Part shown: positions 51,570 to 64,000 of the stretch, one piece after another
How positions within the stretch are numbered: the first letter of the stretch is position 1
Layout of the letters: every line of letters begins with the position of its first letter
Origin: Raillietiella orientalis
Taxonomy: Eukaryota
DNA: 64,000 bases
Direction: 5' to 3'
NCBI GenBank assembly: GCA_036172245.1
Contig: JAYWIR010000018.1
Coordinates: 558,001-622,000, forward strand
Program-made: the position numbers and the translations under genes
Notes under the pieces: model-generated
Databases searched by the model: none
The model's input: only the letters and a program-made list of their open reading frames with translations
What the model was told of the DNA's origin: nothing

Positions 51570-52450
51570 TTTCTTTCCTGTCTTGGCAGTTCTTCGACAC
51601 GGTTCCACGCCACCCGAGGGTCGGTAATTCTTCAAGATAGGGGGCACCTCGGGAGGAGTCCGCCCTATGAATCCAGAGAGGACTCGGAGTCCGTTCCTCT
51701 CACACCTGGGGAGGGATCCCCGGAAATGGAGATCACCTCCACCCTGGTTGTCTCTGATGGGGAATCCAAAAGGGAATCTCCTTCCTTATTCTCTCCGGAG
51801 GACCCCCGGGGGAATCCGCTCCATTTTTTCCTCTCTAAAGGGAACCCGGAAAGGATCCGCTCCTGGAATTTCTTCTCCGGAGGGATCCCCCACAAGGGAC
51901 CCGCTCCTGTTCTAACTCCTCTGAAGAGGACCCAGAAGGGACGCTTCCGAAATTCAGAAGGACGCAGCTTCCCCGGAGGGATCGGCTCGTTTTTCTGCAC
52001 TCTCAGGAGAGGTGGTGGCGACACACCTACTCCATCAGTATGACTTGGAGGGTCCTCCCGTAATGTAGGGTTCGCTCCTTCACAAACGGAGGGGAGCTCC
52101 CACTCCTTGGATTCCTGGAAGGACCCCAGGGTCGACTCCCATTTGTCCCGGCCCTCGTCGGGGGCATCCGGTTTTGACCGCTACCAGTGTCGCACCCGGA
52201 TGAATGCAGGCTAACCAGCGTCATCTTGTGGGAGGGGGAACTCGAACCCACGACGCACTGCCCCGTCGGTTCAGTCCGGGGTATTCGAACCCGCGACGCT
52301 TGGTGGTGCCACGCGCGGAGACCGCCGTAACCACACGGCCTCCGACGCCAGCGACGCTCGGTAGCCCGCAGGCACAGAGTTTTGCGTTGAGCTACCACCC
52401 GGTGCGGACCATCTCCTGTGGCGCGAACAGCTCGAACAGAGTTGATGGAC
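51570..52450 (-). mobile_element. tRNA-headed SINE-like repeat, most complete copy (~880 bp)
   Basis: Minus strand GGCCGTGTGGTTACGGCG (A-box/D-arm-like, cf. tRNA-Ser/Leu TGGCCGAGTGGTTAAGGCG), GGTTCGAATACC and GGTTCGAGTTCC (B-box-like), A-rich end; alignable to 44655-45315 and 47230-48010. Confidence 0.6.
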
Positions 52451-55400
52451 TTAGGAAGACTTTGGAATTAAATCCTTTAATCAATTTGTCGACATCCGTA
52501 ATTGAGTGATCCAAGGTTTTTCTGCACAATTAATCGATGCGTCGATGCCTGTTTGTTGATTCTCGAAGATGCACTTTTCAGTTTCCATGTAGTTAGCCAC
52601 AGACGTACACGCGAACAAAGATGTAGGTTTGTTTCAAGGACGTTGAAAGGATCAAAAGTTCAAAACTGTGCTTGCAGCATTTTCCTTAACTGTTCCATCT
52701 CAGATACGGTTCAGATTCCGGCACTTTTTTTGTTGTGCTTCGAATGGAAACACGGTGAGGATCGGGAAAGTTCCGAAGATGAAATCGTTGACCACGGAAA
52801 GCCTTGACCCATCGACATGGAAGTTTGATGTGATTTCGATAAATACTCAAATGCACGACTGGCAGAAAACTGCCTCATCACATTTGCAAAAAATCGTGAA
52901 ATCTGAAGAAAAAAGAGATCTTCAACTTTCGAAAGGGTTGAAAATCCAACGAATGCCGGAAACGAATGGGGTAGTTTAAATTTGTTTTAGAATTCACCGA
53001 AAATAGCGTCCATGTTTTTTATCCATAGAAGGCCAACAGACTACTTGACTAAGAAATAGTATGGCTGAATACGGGGGAAGGGGAGGGGGGGAAGACTGCT
53101 AAATGAATCAATATCGATAGTGAGTACAATAAAGGGATATGGATTTTGGCATCGATTCAATTTCGACCATCCATGAATATTTTAATTCTATACGGGATTT
53201 ATTTCAGAATGTCATGCCACGGGAGCTGCATAATGGACGGTGCGGTAGCACTTGAGGAAAGTTTGGATTTCAAGAGATTCGGGAATGAAAGCCCGCCGCT
53301 TATATACATAGTGAACTTAAGTCACTTCGTCACCCAAGTTGTACGCGTGCACAAATGACCTTTGTGATCACATAGGAAATTCCTGCATACATGCACGTGC
53401 CTTGAAAAAAAAAAAAAAAAAAAAAAAAAAAACATCCCAAGGATTGTACGAGGAAAATGAATAAACAAACAAACTTTTGCTGCCGAGTGATGGCAAACAT
53501 TCGCAACTCTGATGGAAGAACGAACAACTTGGAATGTGATTTCACTCGCATGCGAGCTGCATCCTTTACGATCCTTAATAGGTGCATTTCTTATTCCTTT
53601 ACCCACGCAATGCTCTTTTAAAAAGCTTTATGTGTAGTATTCATCTTGGAGGCAAGGACATGGTCCCAGTATGTCCGTCCAGCAACAGGGATCAATTGGA
53701 CAGGAGTAATCGTACGAACAAGCTTGAAGCTGACTATTTCGAGACAGGTGCACACGGGCATACTGTACAGAGACAATCATGCCCGTTGCAAAATTAAGAA
53801 GAAAAAAAAACTGTCGTCCCCCTGCCTCTCCCCAAAATAAAGGAAAAGAAATGGAAGAAAAAAAAAAAAAAAACTGTCTTCCAGGAAGCAAACTTTTAAG
53901 GAGGAGAAAGAGAGGACCAGTTCTCTCACGGTCTCACGGAAAGAAAATACGCCTCCTTTCTTCGGACAACTCTTTTCTTTTTGTTTGAGGAACATGTGCA
54001 TCCCTCGTCGCAATTGATACATTAAACGAAATAGCATTGAAAATGCAAAACCTGCAGGTGTAAAAAAAAGAAGAAAAATAGAAATAAAAGCGCGCACCTG
54101 CACATACAGGAAAAAGATGGGACCAGATAAGGAGACCACGGAAGACTAAACTAGACGACCTGAAAATTAAAAAAAAAACCGGCATGTGGTCATTTGATTT
54201 GGGATGGCTCTGCGTGGGTGAGGTAAAATGAAGTACTTTTTGGTACCAAAATAAGTACATGTGTATACGAGAATCTTGCTTGCGAATACGAGGGTGTAAC
54301 ACGAGTAACGACGAGAAAGATACCTGAAGCCAGGTACAGATGAAATCCATGCATCCCACATCGTGGACAGATGGGGGGGAAACGGTGCATCGAAACACGC
54401 ATCCGGACGGAGGAGATTGCAGCATCGGCCTTGGCAACCTCTCCCATCGAAGTCGTCGCAGCTCTTCACGACTTCCACATTTCCCGTCAGCGGGGAAGGA
54501 AGACCGCCTGCGTCGAGAACTCGAAACTTGCAGCTGGACGGCTTTCGCCAGGCAGCATCCACAAATTCTGTCTTTGGATCTCAGCGTACAGCCGATGGTT
54601 TGCGAGCGGGCGCGGGAAAGTTTTGTTTTTTCTTGCCGGACCTCGAAGAAGCCAGCCCGTGTTCGCATCTGCACAGAGGCGCCGGTGACCTGAGAGCACC
54701 GAAGCAGAAGTCCTCCGCGGAACGAAGAATGAGGCTGTCCCTCCTTGGTTGCCGGGCGGGAGGGTGCCGCCCGCGGGTGGTGTCCACGCTGACCTGCATC
54801 GACGCTCGAGGTACGAATACCGAGCGAAAGATGTCCGTTGCACCCATTCCTCCTTGGTTTCCTAAACGAAATATCTGAAGGGGAGAGCATTCATGGGGTG
54901 GGGACAGTCCAGGTCTCCGTGACACGGAAGACCCACGTAGCCGGACCGAGGTGAGGACGAGCTACTGGTCCAATGAAGCCTCCAGCTTGACCAAGACTGC
55001 ATATGTCTGAATCGAACTCTTGCAGGATCAGCTCTGGTCATAACGGCATCCGAAGATTTTCATTTCTTTTCCAAGCAGCAGCCCGTTCGAAATGGAATTG
55101 CATCCCTACCACGGGAAATGAAAAGGACGACTCCAGACGTTCGAAACAGATGCCCATCATCAACAATTGGTATCCTTAGGTTTCGAAAGGAGGGCTGACT
55201 ATAACACACACACACACACACACACAAATAGAAAAACCAACATCCCCGATTTGCATTTCATCTGGACCACCTGGTTTCGTGACAACATTTTTCGTTTCGT
55301 TCCTGCAAGGCTCCAGGAACGAAACGCGTGCAGCGCCATGTGCTTTCGTGCTCATGCTTCGCGGCGCAGTTGCCACACGAGGCGCAAATTCGAGTCCGAC

Positions 55401-57499
55401 TTCTTCAGCAACCCATCAGCCTTCTCCTCCTTCTTCTGAACCTTTATCCAGGAACCTATCCCGATTTTCCGTTCGATCCCCTGGGACAGTGGGAAGACGA
55501 CCATCGAGAGAGGGTGGTCCTTTCTGAGGCCTTCCTGTCTGGCACTCCTGCGCTGTGCAATCGAGCGCAGCCCCCGTCGGTCGCCCTTCCCCGCCCCGTT
55601 TCTCCTCCCTCTTCCCCCACTTTGGAGCGTGGGGAGTCCTCTGTGGGCACATCGTGGGGACGGTGACGGGAGCGCCCTACCTTCTTTGCCGCGCCCGCCA
55701 TCTCGACCGAGAATGTCGTAGGCCGATAGAAGGGGCTCCCGGTAGCATTCAAGGGGTCGTCGGGGAAGGAGAGGGTGGCTGGGGCTGCGGGACTGCCTCC
55801 TTCGACCCTGCTCAAACCGGAGGAAGCTTCGTAGAAAGGCAGGCAGGAGCGAGGAGGGGGAGGAGTCTCTCCGTTGCCATGGTCTTCCTCAGCAGCGGCG
55901 GGATAGGGAGGAGCGGGAGAGCTCCTGGAATCCCGAAGAGAGAGAGGGACCTTTAGCTCCTCCGTTGCTTGCTTCCCGATCCGCCAGCATCCCTCTTCAC
56001 CGGCTCCCAGCAGCTTTATCAAGGACACGAGGACCACGTCCCGACCCACGCTGCAGAGAATATCCGTTGTCACTGAAAGGGCTGAGACGAAGGAAGAGGA
56101 AGGAGCTGTTTTTTTCTAGGCAAAGATTATGGAGGGCTGAGACTCCTACATGTTGCTCCCGTAGAAAGCAGGGATCTCTTTCCATCCTTTCGTTAGGATG
56201 TGTGTGTGGGGGGGGAGAGGGGGAGGAGCTTGGCTCACTTCTTTCTCGTTCTCCGTCTCTCTCCTGTTGGTGAATGCAACTTTGGCGCAGGCAGGAAACG
56301 AGAGAGCCAACTTCCGACTCGAGAATCTGGGACGGCATTGCTTGCGTGACGAAAGTGCAGCGGAAAGCTCACGTGACCTTAAAAAAAAAGGAGGGGGGGA
56401 ATATGCATCTGGAGAGCAAAAAAGGGAACAAAAAAAAAAAAAAAAAACGAAAAGAAAAGAAAAAGAAAAAGAAAATGTCACATGATTAACCCTGTGGATG
56501 CAAGGACGGAATGTGCGAAAGTCCATCATCGACCCTTCTCCCCGTTGCGTTGCCTAGCGCGCGGGTTGCGTCAGCATCGCGTCTCGCGAACGAAGGCAGT
56601 GCTGCCAATAGGATGGATCGGTATTTTTTAATATCGGTTCTGAAAGCCAAAGGGTGCTTTTTTTTTCTTTTTTTTCCTGGATTCCATCAAAGAAGCTTCG
56701 CCTCATCGTCAGCATCCTATTAATATGCATATTAATAGGACGCCTGCGTTTCCTGCAGTGTGGCGCGAACCGAGTGAGACGGTGCCGTGGCGGACGACAG
56801 TAAGAAAGCAAACAAACAAACAAACAAAAAAGGGATCGGAAATAGAGTAGCCCAGAACTACGACGAATCTTCACGGCAGCCTGCGTGCCCATTTTTCCAA
56901 AGCAATGCAATGGAACCCCGAATTTTTGTGAATCATTTTTTCTGCTGTGCACGCTGCCCAGCTTGGATACGGCTCTTGGATATGAGGACGCACTCAACGA
57001 CGCACCCGTGGCGGCGCACGAGCGCACCTGAGAAACGCTTGGAAGTCCAAATTAGCCTCTTTGCAATTGCGTTCCCGGAGAGTCTGGTGGGGAGAGCCTC
57101 TTTTTGGAGGAGGAAGTCGTTCCTTGTGACTCCGCGCTCGCCCCCGTGTTTGGGGACCGGGGAACTTCCGGCGTTCCCTTGAATTCCAGGTGGGTTCGTT
57201 GCCATGCTGCCGGTGAAATTGCCTCCAACGCCGCTCGCATGTTCTTCCCGACCGACCGCAAAGGGGCCCGTGAGGTTGCGCCGCCCCTGTCCCTCACTAG
57301 ACCTTGGGCGTTGTAGCTTTGCTATCTTCCTCTTCTCACCCCAACTAGTTTCTCGGAAGCGCTGGGCACGTTCCGAAGGAAGTTGCCGACCCCCAAATTT
57401 TTCTTTACCTCGAGATTCCAGATGCGATGCGCGTCCCTCCTCGTGTGCCGCGTTCGGGTCCACCACTTCCGGAGGACTCGCTCGACCGGGATGCGACTG

Positions 57500-60430
57500 C
57501 GGCAGCAGATGCTAGGCGGGCAGCCGCATGCCCGTGGTTGCCCAGCTAGACCAGGTTTCGGAGGCTGCCCGTGACCCCGGGAAGACAAAGGGGCAGGTGC
57601 ACTCATTCGCTTCCGAGGGCGCGCGTGGCCCCAGCTAAGGGGAAGAGGGATGGAAACGTCCCTCGTCCCCTTAGTTGGGCAGGCACACAGACCACGACGT
57701 AGGCAGCGGCTGACTTTTGCCTGCAAACGAAGCGAGCAGAAGGGTTCCGTCCTTTATCGGAAGAGGGAGGGGGATGGTGGTCCGGCGCTCCTCGAGGAAC
57801 AGGGAAACCGCTTCCCCCACCTTCCTCTTTCCCTCTCAGCTTTCCCGGAAACGATTGACTTGTCGCGAGCAGAGGATGCGGAGGAGATCCACGTTGCTCC
57901 TCTGTCGGTGGAACAGCGTGTTCCCGGTCGCTGGCCTTCCGGGAGCGAAAGTCGAGGAAGAGCAGTGTTGTCACTTCGCAGGTGGGCAGCAGCGCTCCGT
58001 TTGTCGGTGTCACCTCCTCCACCCCCATCTTCACGCCGGAATGGGAGGTTTCGCGGGAGGCGCAAGTGCTTCCCGATGCGCGTGACATCCGTTGCACGGC
58101 AAACTCATGCTCTCCAGGTGCGTGCGCGCGCGGGGGGGGGAGTTTCCTCTGGCATGCGCGACATGCGTCCGCCGTTCTGGCCTCCAGGGGACTCAATAGG
58201 GTGCGCGCGCTCCTGCCCCCCGTTCCCAGCTGCCCGGTAGCCCTAGCCTGCTGCTTCTCCCGCGAATGCTACGCAGAAAGACGCTGCCCTTCCGATTCCC
58301 GCTTCCTGAACTCGGTTCCTTCCCCTTTCCCTTCCTTCAACGAGAATCAAGGGATCCTGGAGCCGCCGGAAAGAGGCTACTTGGGGACGTCTACGAGCTG
58401 CCGAGTCAGAATGAAGAGGAGAGGCATCCCGCTGAAACCCTGGTGTGGGAGGAGAAGGGGTCGGCGCCGCGGGAAGCAGCAGGGACGCGTAATGGTTGCC
58501 GTGGTTCCACTCGCGTCCCTGCCCTGGGGGAGGAGGCAGAGGAATCGCCACCGGGGGGAGGAGAGCACGTCTCTCCCGTCCGCGGAGAGTGCGCGGCGGA
58601 CGATGGAGTCGCCGTCTTCGGGGCGCGGTGGCTCCTGGACCCGCTTCCCGGCGGAGGGGGAGGGACCGAAGAGGCCGAAGGTGGGTCCTGCCGAGGGAGG
58701 GAGGGGGGTCCACGTGCTTCCGGTCCGAGGTCCCGCAAGAGAGAGGAGAGGGAGAGGGGGGAGGGAAGGATCGCTCTGGGAGACGACGCCTGCCGGAGCC
58801 GGGGGAAGGGTGCCTGGCGACCGCTCGGTGGGGTTCCGGGAGGCGGGCGCGCAGGGTAGGCGGCGCTTGAAAAACAGGGAAGACAGCTCGCCAGCACAGC
58901 CACTCCAGACTTGGGAAGACCTCGGGAGTTCCGCCTCCTGCCCACCTCTGGCCGCTGTGGCACCACCGTTCCCTCTGGAAGGGATCAGAGGTGGGCACAC
59001 GCTGTCTCTCCTCAGCTCCTTCGCTCGGGAAGAGGGAGGAGGGCTATTTCGGTTCTGTTCACGCCGCAGCATACCCTGCCCGGGCCCCTCTTCCTCGATC
59101 CTGCTCTAGGGAACCGTGTTTCTTCCCTGTTCCGGGATGACCGACTCCTGACCGGACTTCGCTGAAAGAGAGGCACTCCTGTAAGAATGACCTTCTCAGG
59201 GTGACCTGAGGGCCAGGGAGCCTCCCCGCCACCCGGTCGCGCGGCCAGTGGCAACGGAGGCGCGGCGGGTGAGAGTGCCGTCCTCTCTGCCGCCGGAAGG
59301 GCGCCCCCCGCCGCGGAGGGTGCATCTGGGGTCGGGGGACCTCCCGGAAGGGAGCCCGACTGGAAAACGTGGCAGACCCAATGGAGTCGGGGGCTCTGCG
59401 CGCAGACGTCGGGAGTGCAGGGAGGGCGGAGCGGCAGTTCCGGTTCGAAGAATTGGCCGCAGCGACCAAAGGCCGTGGAGACCTCCGGGTGTCTCCGGGC
59501 CTCGCAGAGGTCAAGAAGGTCAGAGTTAAACTTTCTGGACTCTCCCTAGGTCAAGCGTCCCCCTCCTCTGCCGCCGGAAGGGCGCGAGTGCGCCACCTGC
59601 CTCCCTACGAACTCAAATTCTTGGTGAGGGGGGCGTCCCATGGACGTAGATCGAGGGATCCAGCCTGGAAGCGCTGTCCGAAGTCTCGAGAGGGCCTCCC
59701 TGGAAGGAACTGGACAAGACCCGCAGGAGTCTGAGGCCTGAGTAACCGCCGCCCCCTCAGCCACAGGGGCGTCTTCCCCGTAGGAAGGGGAGACGGTTCA
59801 TCGTCGGCAGGAAGAAAGTTCTCCTACGCCATTTCGCTATCGTCGAAACGCCTCGGGATGGTCTCCTGGTCAGCTGGTCTACAAGCAAACCCCGACCGCC
59901 AGCGCTGCTCCGGCGGGAGAGAAGGGACCGAGGGGAGGAACCGGTTGCTCCCTCGATCCAAGCGCACGCGCAGCTTTCTTGCTCCCCACCAGGTGGCAGC
60001 ACATGGTGGCGCTCTTCCCCTGCCGCGGTTACTGATGACAGCACGCGCACCCCCAGACTGCACTCGGACCGACAGAGTTCTCTAGAGGCGATCCTGGCTC
60101 TCCCAGAACGTCTGCTGCGACGACCCTTCTTTACGGATCGACAGCCAGCTGTAGCAGGCCCAACCTCGGCTTGCAACTACAGGCGTCATGGCAACGGGTC
60201 AGCTAGTTGGGTGGAAGCGGCGGCGGCGACGCAAAGCCGCCTTCGTTGCTGCGTCCCCTACTGCAAGGAGTTGGGAGGTTCTCCTCACCCCTTCCCTTTC
60301 TCCCGCCTGGATCGGCAAAGGGTGAAGTGGCGCGCACGCCCACGTCACTCGCGGGTCGTGACGGGAGCAGCACGCTGCTCTCCACTCCGTGGCGCTGTTT
60401 ATTTATTTATTCCATCGCCGTCCCTCCCCC
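57500..60430 (+). mobile_element. Highly decayed GC-rich LINE ORF2 relic (RT C-terminus to 3' end)
   Basis: GYLGT (~58378), GRVMVAVVPLASLPW (cf. GRxxLxxxxLxSLP), LLPTRWQH..C (~59980), PERLLRRPFF (cf. PRNLLKRLF), TTTA-rich tail at ~60400. Confidence 0.5.
58598..59193 (+). repeat. 596-bp direct repeat, copy 1
   Basis: Near-identical to 62934-63529 (offset 4336; about 6 substitutions by eye). Confidence 0.95.
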
Positions 60431-62299
60431 GCTCTCTTCGTGAGGTCTGGGGCCCACGGCTGACCAGCGGTCCTCTCGCGAGACGACTGTCCTCCATCGG
60501 GGTGTGGTCCCTCCCTGAGTCGCATCTTCCTATCCGCTCTCCTGGGAAGAACGAGGGGCTCCGGATCGGCCGTGCGGCGCGCAAAGCCCAGCGGTGAGCC
60601 TAGTCGCGCGCAACGGAGGAAACACGCGGAGCACGGGAAGGAGAGGGAATCCAGTCGCGCCTGGCCTCTCCGCCCTCTCCTGAAACGTCTCGTCTGCCGG
60701 GACCTCCTCTCTCGGGCTCCTTGTTTCCGAGTAGGCGTGGGAAAAATCGCAGGTGAGTGACAAGGAGCTCACGAGGCAAAAACAACGCTTCACGATGGCG
60801 AAGTCGCGATGGCGTAACGACGTCCTCCGTTTCGGCGACCCCCTTCTTTCCGTGGTCGGACGCGTAAAAGGCAAGTGGAACGGAAAGCGCCAAAAAAATT
60901 GAAGAAGGGAAAAATAAATTGAGATGAAAAATCCGTTCTTTTTCCTGCTCTTCCGGGAGAGTGAGTCCAGGAAAAACGAGGGTCGCGAGGGACTGCTGGA
61001 AGCCGGATCGTTCGCCAAGGAGGCAAGGAAAGGGAGAGCGTTTTACCCGCGAGGGCCGTTCCTCTGCCGGCCGGTAGGGCTGCACTCGCATGCCGACCGA
61101 CCACGAGCTCGAGCGGGAGGGGAAGGAAGGGAGGGAGGCTGGGGTGGCAAAGAAAGCTGGACGTCTCTACCGCCGCTCTTGCTTTCAGTGGGGCTGCCCG
61201 AGTTGCCTGCCCCGCCTTGCCGTGGCAACACGGGGAGTTTCGCTTTCCAAGCGGGAGCTTCGCCTCCATCCCGGTCTCACGAGAGAGCGAGCGCTCTTCC
61301 CGGAGCATGCTCGAGGAGAAGGTGGAGGAGGAGAAGGAGGAGTTTCCTGCGGGGAGCGTGCACGCACCGGGGCTCCGCGCGACGTCCCCTAGCACGCATA
61401 TCGCTCCCTGCTGACGTGAGAGCCGCGCGCGGAGGTCGTGCGGCAGGGAGGCGCGACGCAAGGCAAACCGGCACTTTCCCGAGAGGAAGGGAGAGGGGAA
61501 GGAAGGCTCGGGATCGATCGTGGCGGAGGAGTACCTGTGCGGGAAACCGGAGTGAAAGGAAGAGAAAACTGGACCGAAAGCAGTAGCAGCAGCGGCGACA
61601 GCGACCCCTGACGCTGCAGTGGTGGCGGTTGCTGCCGAAGGAGCCCGGGGATTGCCTGGCCGGTCGGATGCCAGTGCCTTTGATCCAGAGTGCATCTTTG
61701 ATGCCAGCAGTCCCAGAGACGACCAGTATCGATCGGCCATGGAAGTACTCGGGCACGCCCCGCGCGCGCTGCCAGGTTTCGCTTCTTCGTCTCGAAGCTG
61801 CTGTGGAAACCTCCGGAGGAGCAGAACGCTGCATCCATGGGGGACCGCCCGGACTCTCCACTACGGGTCTTTCGGGAAGGGATCTCTCTTTCTGGCAACG
61901 TACGCACGCGTCTTTGCGTGTGTACATAGGAGGATGCATGTACGCACACACGGTCCACGCGTGCGCACACACGCACGTAGAGAAGAGCCACTCTTTCCCT
62001 TCTCTAGGAAGAGGTCGCCCACATCCGGTCTGTGGGACCCCTTCCCTCCCTGAACTTTTCCAGGCGTAGGGAAGGAAGATCGAGGACCCTCCGCTGGGTC
62101 AGGGAGGGACGGGCCGCCTTCCCGCAGGGGGCGAGGAAAAAAGAACGTAGATTTTCCTCGTTCCTTCTTCCGCCGCCGATACGTGTGCTTCCCGACCGGA
62201 ACTCCGTCGGCTAATTGGGAGTCCCCCAAATGCAAGCCGGAACTCCTCCTCCTTCCCTTTCCCCTTCCCCCCCTTCCTCTTCCCTTCTTCTGCGGAAAA

Positions 62300-64000
62300 G
62301 AAAAACAAAAGTCGGCGGCGCCGAGGTGGGACGCGAGGTTTACTCGTTCGGGATATGCGGGGGTTGCAAAGACATCCCTCCCCTTCTCCCCCCTTCCCCC
62401 TCTTTTTCTGTGAAGCCACTGAGGGAGCAACCGGGCGGTTTCCAGTAACGTGCGGCGGAGTTGGCGGCGGAGCGCGCGTTTCCTCCTCCACTGCCAGCCC
62501 GTGTCTTCTGGGAGAGCCAGAGGAAGGCGATGTGCGATCTTTTCGGTCCGCTCGTGCTGGACTGATAATTTGGGGAAGGGGAGGATACCGGATGTTCCCG
62601 CTTTTCACCTTCCCCTTTCCCTTCAGCCCCTTTTCCGCTAGAGGGAGACTCCCATGCACCCACTGAGCGAGTCGGCTCCGCCGCCTGGCAAGGGCGGCGG
62701 CTCTTCCTGAGGCTCCCGCGCAGCAGCGCGCTTCCCAGAGAGGACAGAGTGAGCCCGGCAGCAGTCTATCGTAGGGCTGATGGCCGGGATGGCGCCGAGC
62801 GCCGCGTGGCCGGCTCTGTATCGCCCTCCCCGAGTGGAACCTGCAAGAGGTCACAGAGAGCCGCGCACGCTGGTCCTGCTAGAGGCGAGCAGGCGGTACC
62901 TGTTCGGTCGCTTTTTGCACAACTGCGTGAGGTGGACGATGGCGTCGCCGTCTTCGGGGCGCGGTGGCTCCTGGACCCGCTTCCCGGCGGAGGGAGAAGG
63001 ACCGAAGAGGCCGAAGGTGGGTCCTGCCGAGGGAGGGAGGGGGGTCCACGTGCTTCCGGTCCGAGGTCCCGCAAGAGAGAGGAGAGGGAGAGGGGGGAGG
63101 GAAGGATCGCTCTGGGAGACGACGCCTGCCGGAGCCGGGGGAAGGGTGCCTGGCGACCGCTCGGTGGGGTTCCGGGAGGCGGGCGCGCAGGGTAGGCGGC
63201 GCTTGAAAAACAGGGAAGACAGCTCGCCGGCACAGCCACTCCAGACTTGGGAAGACCTCGGGAGTTCCGCCTCCTGCCCACCTCTGGCCGCTGTGGCACC
63301 ACCGTTCCCTCTGGAAGGGATCAGAGGTGGGCACACGCTGTCTCTCCTCAGCTCCTTCGCTCGGGAAGAGGGAGGAGGGCTATTTCGGTTCTGTTCACGC
63401 CGCAGCATACCCTGCCCGGGCCCCTCTTCCTCGATCCTGCTCTAGGGAACCGTGTTTCTTCCCTGTTCCGGGATGACCGACTCCTGACCGGACTTCGCTG
63501 AAAGAGAGGCACTCCCGTAAGGATGACCTCGCTGGCTTCGAGGTTTCCAGAAACATTCAGCTGAGGGTAGCTGCCCCTCCAACCATTGCTTCTCGCTTAG
63601 GGAAGTCAGGACGACGGGGGGGTTCGTCATCAGGAAGTCCTTCCCACGGGGTCGAGAGCTTCCCTTCTCGAGCGGCTCCACGGACTCATGTTCCTCGTTG
63701 CGACGGCCCGCGCCGTAAGCTTCGCCTTGGGGGAGCTCCGCACACGTTGGGTGGGTCCGCACCCTTCGAAGCTCCCGCTTTTCGCGCCATCTACGAGAAA
63801 CCACGGGAACTCGCAGTGTGGCAGGTCAGGAAGCTCGAACTCGGGTCGGAATTCCAGCCCCAGGAGGGAGGAAAGCAGGAGGAGGAGTCAAGAATGCACG
63901 GGATGATTTCCGCCTACCCTGTTGGATCCCGCGGCGGGATCCTCGGCGCCCCGCTCGTGCTTGCACGACCAGACTGCTAAGAAACCCGCCGCGGCATGGA
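62300..64000 (+). mobile_element. Second decayed LINE ORF2 relic related to 57500-60430
   Basis: GYAGV (~62351), AWQGRR..LRLPR (post-RT-like), and a shared 596-bp block. Confidence 0.45.
62934..63529 (+). repeat. 596-bp direct repeat, copy 2
   Basis: Near-identical to 58598-59193. Confidence 0.95.

Noticed and set aside
46406..51960. Hammerhead ribozyme cores (CTGATGA at ~46407 and ~48769; CTGAAGA..GAAA at ~51921)
   Set aside because: I could not form stems I-III with the required GAAA and UH geometry, and the motifs are not conserved in homologous repeat copies.
58598..63529. LTR retrotransposon bounded by the 596-bp repeats
   Set aside because: No TG..CA ends, PBS, TSD or gag/protease/integrase motifs; the repeats lie inside LINE-like coding relics.

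Overview
Eukaryotic (animal, probably invertebrate) genomic DNA, not prokaryotic. One gene is well supported: a complete 14-exon atypical protein kinase C (aPKC / PKC-iota-zeta / pkc-3 type) on the minus strand, CDS about 26673 (or 26736) to 12337, about 593 aa. All its GT-AG junctions are phase-consistent and several introns are only 42-60 nt. Most of the rest of the window is decayed GC-rich non-LTR retrotransposon sequence (APE-RT-CCHC, L1/Tx1-like), three copies of an unnamed ~0.9 kb tRNA-headed SINE-like repeat, and short dispersed repeats. Notable observations: (1) several unrelated perfect hairpins with 13-28 bp arms, most sitting at repeat junctions; (2) a sharp AT-to-GC switch inside the aPKC gene (GC3 about 20-27% in PB1 exons versus about 85% in a kinase exon); (3) a ~99% identical 596-bp block shared by two otherwise diverged LINE relics; (4) a conserved stem-loop at LINE 3' ends; (5) an aPKC turn motif lacking its usual proline. 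Repeat boundaries were set by eye and are approximate.
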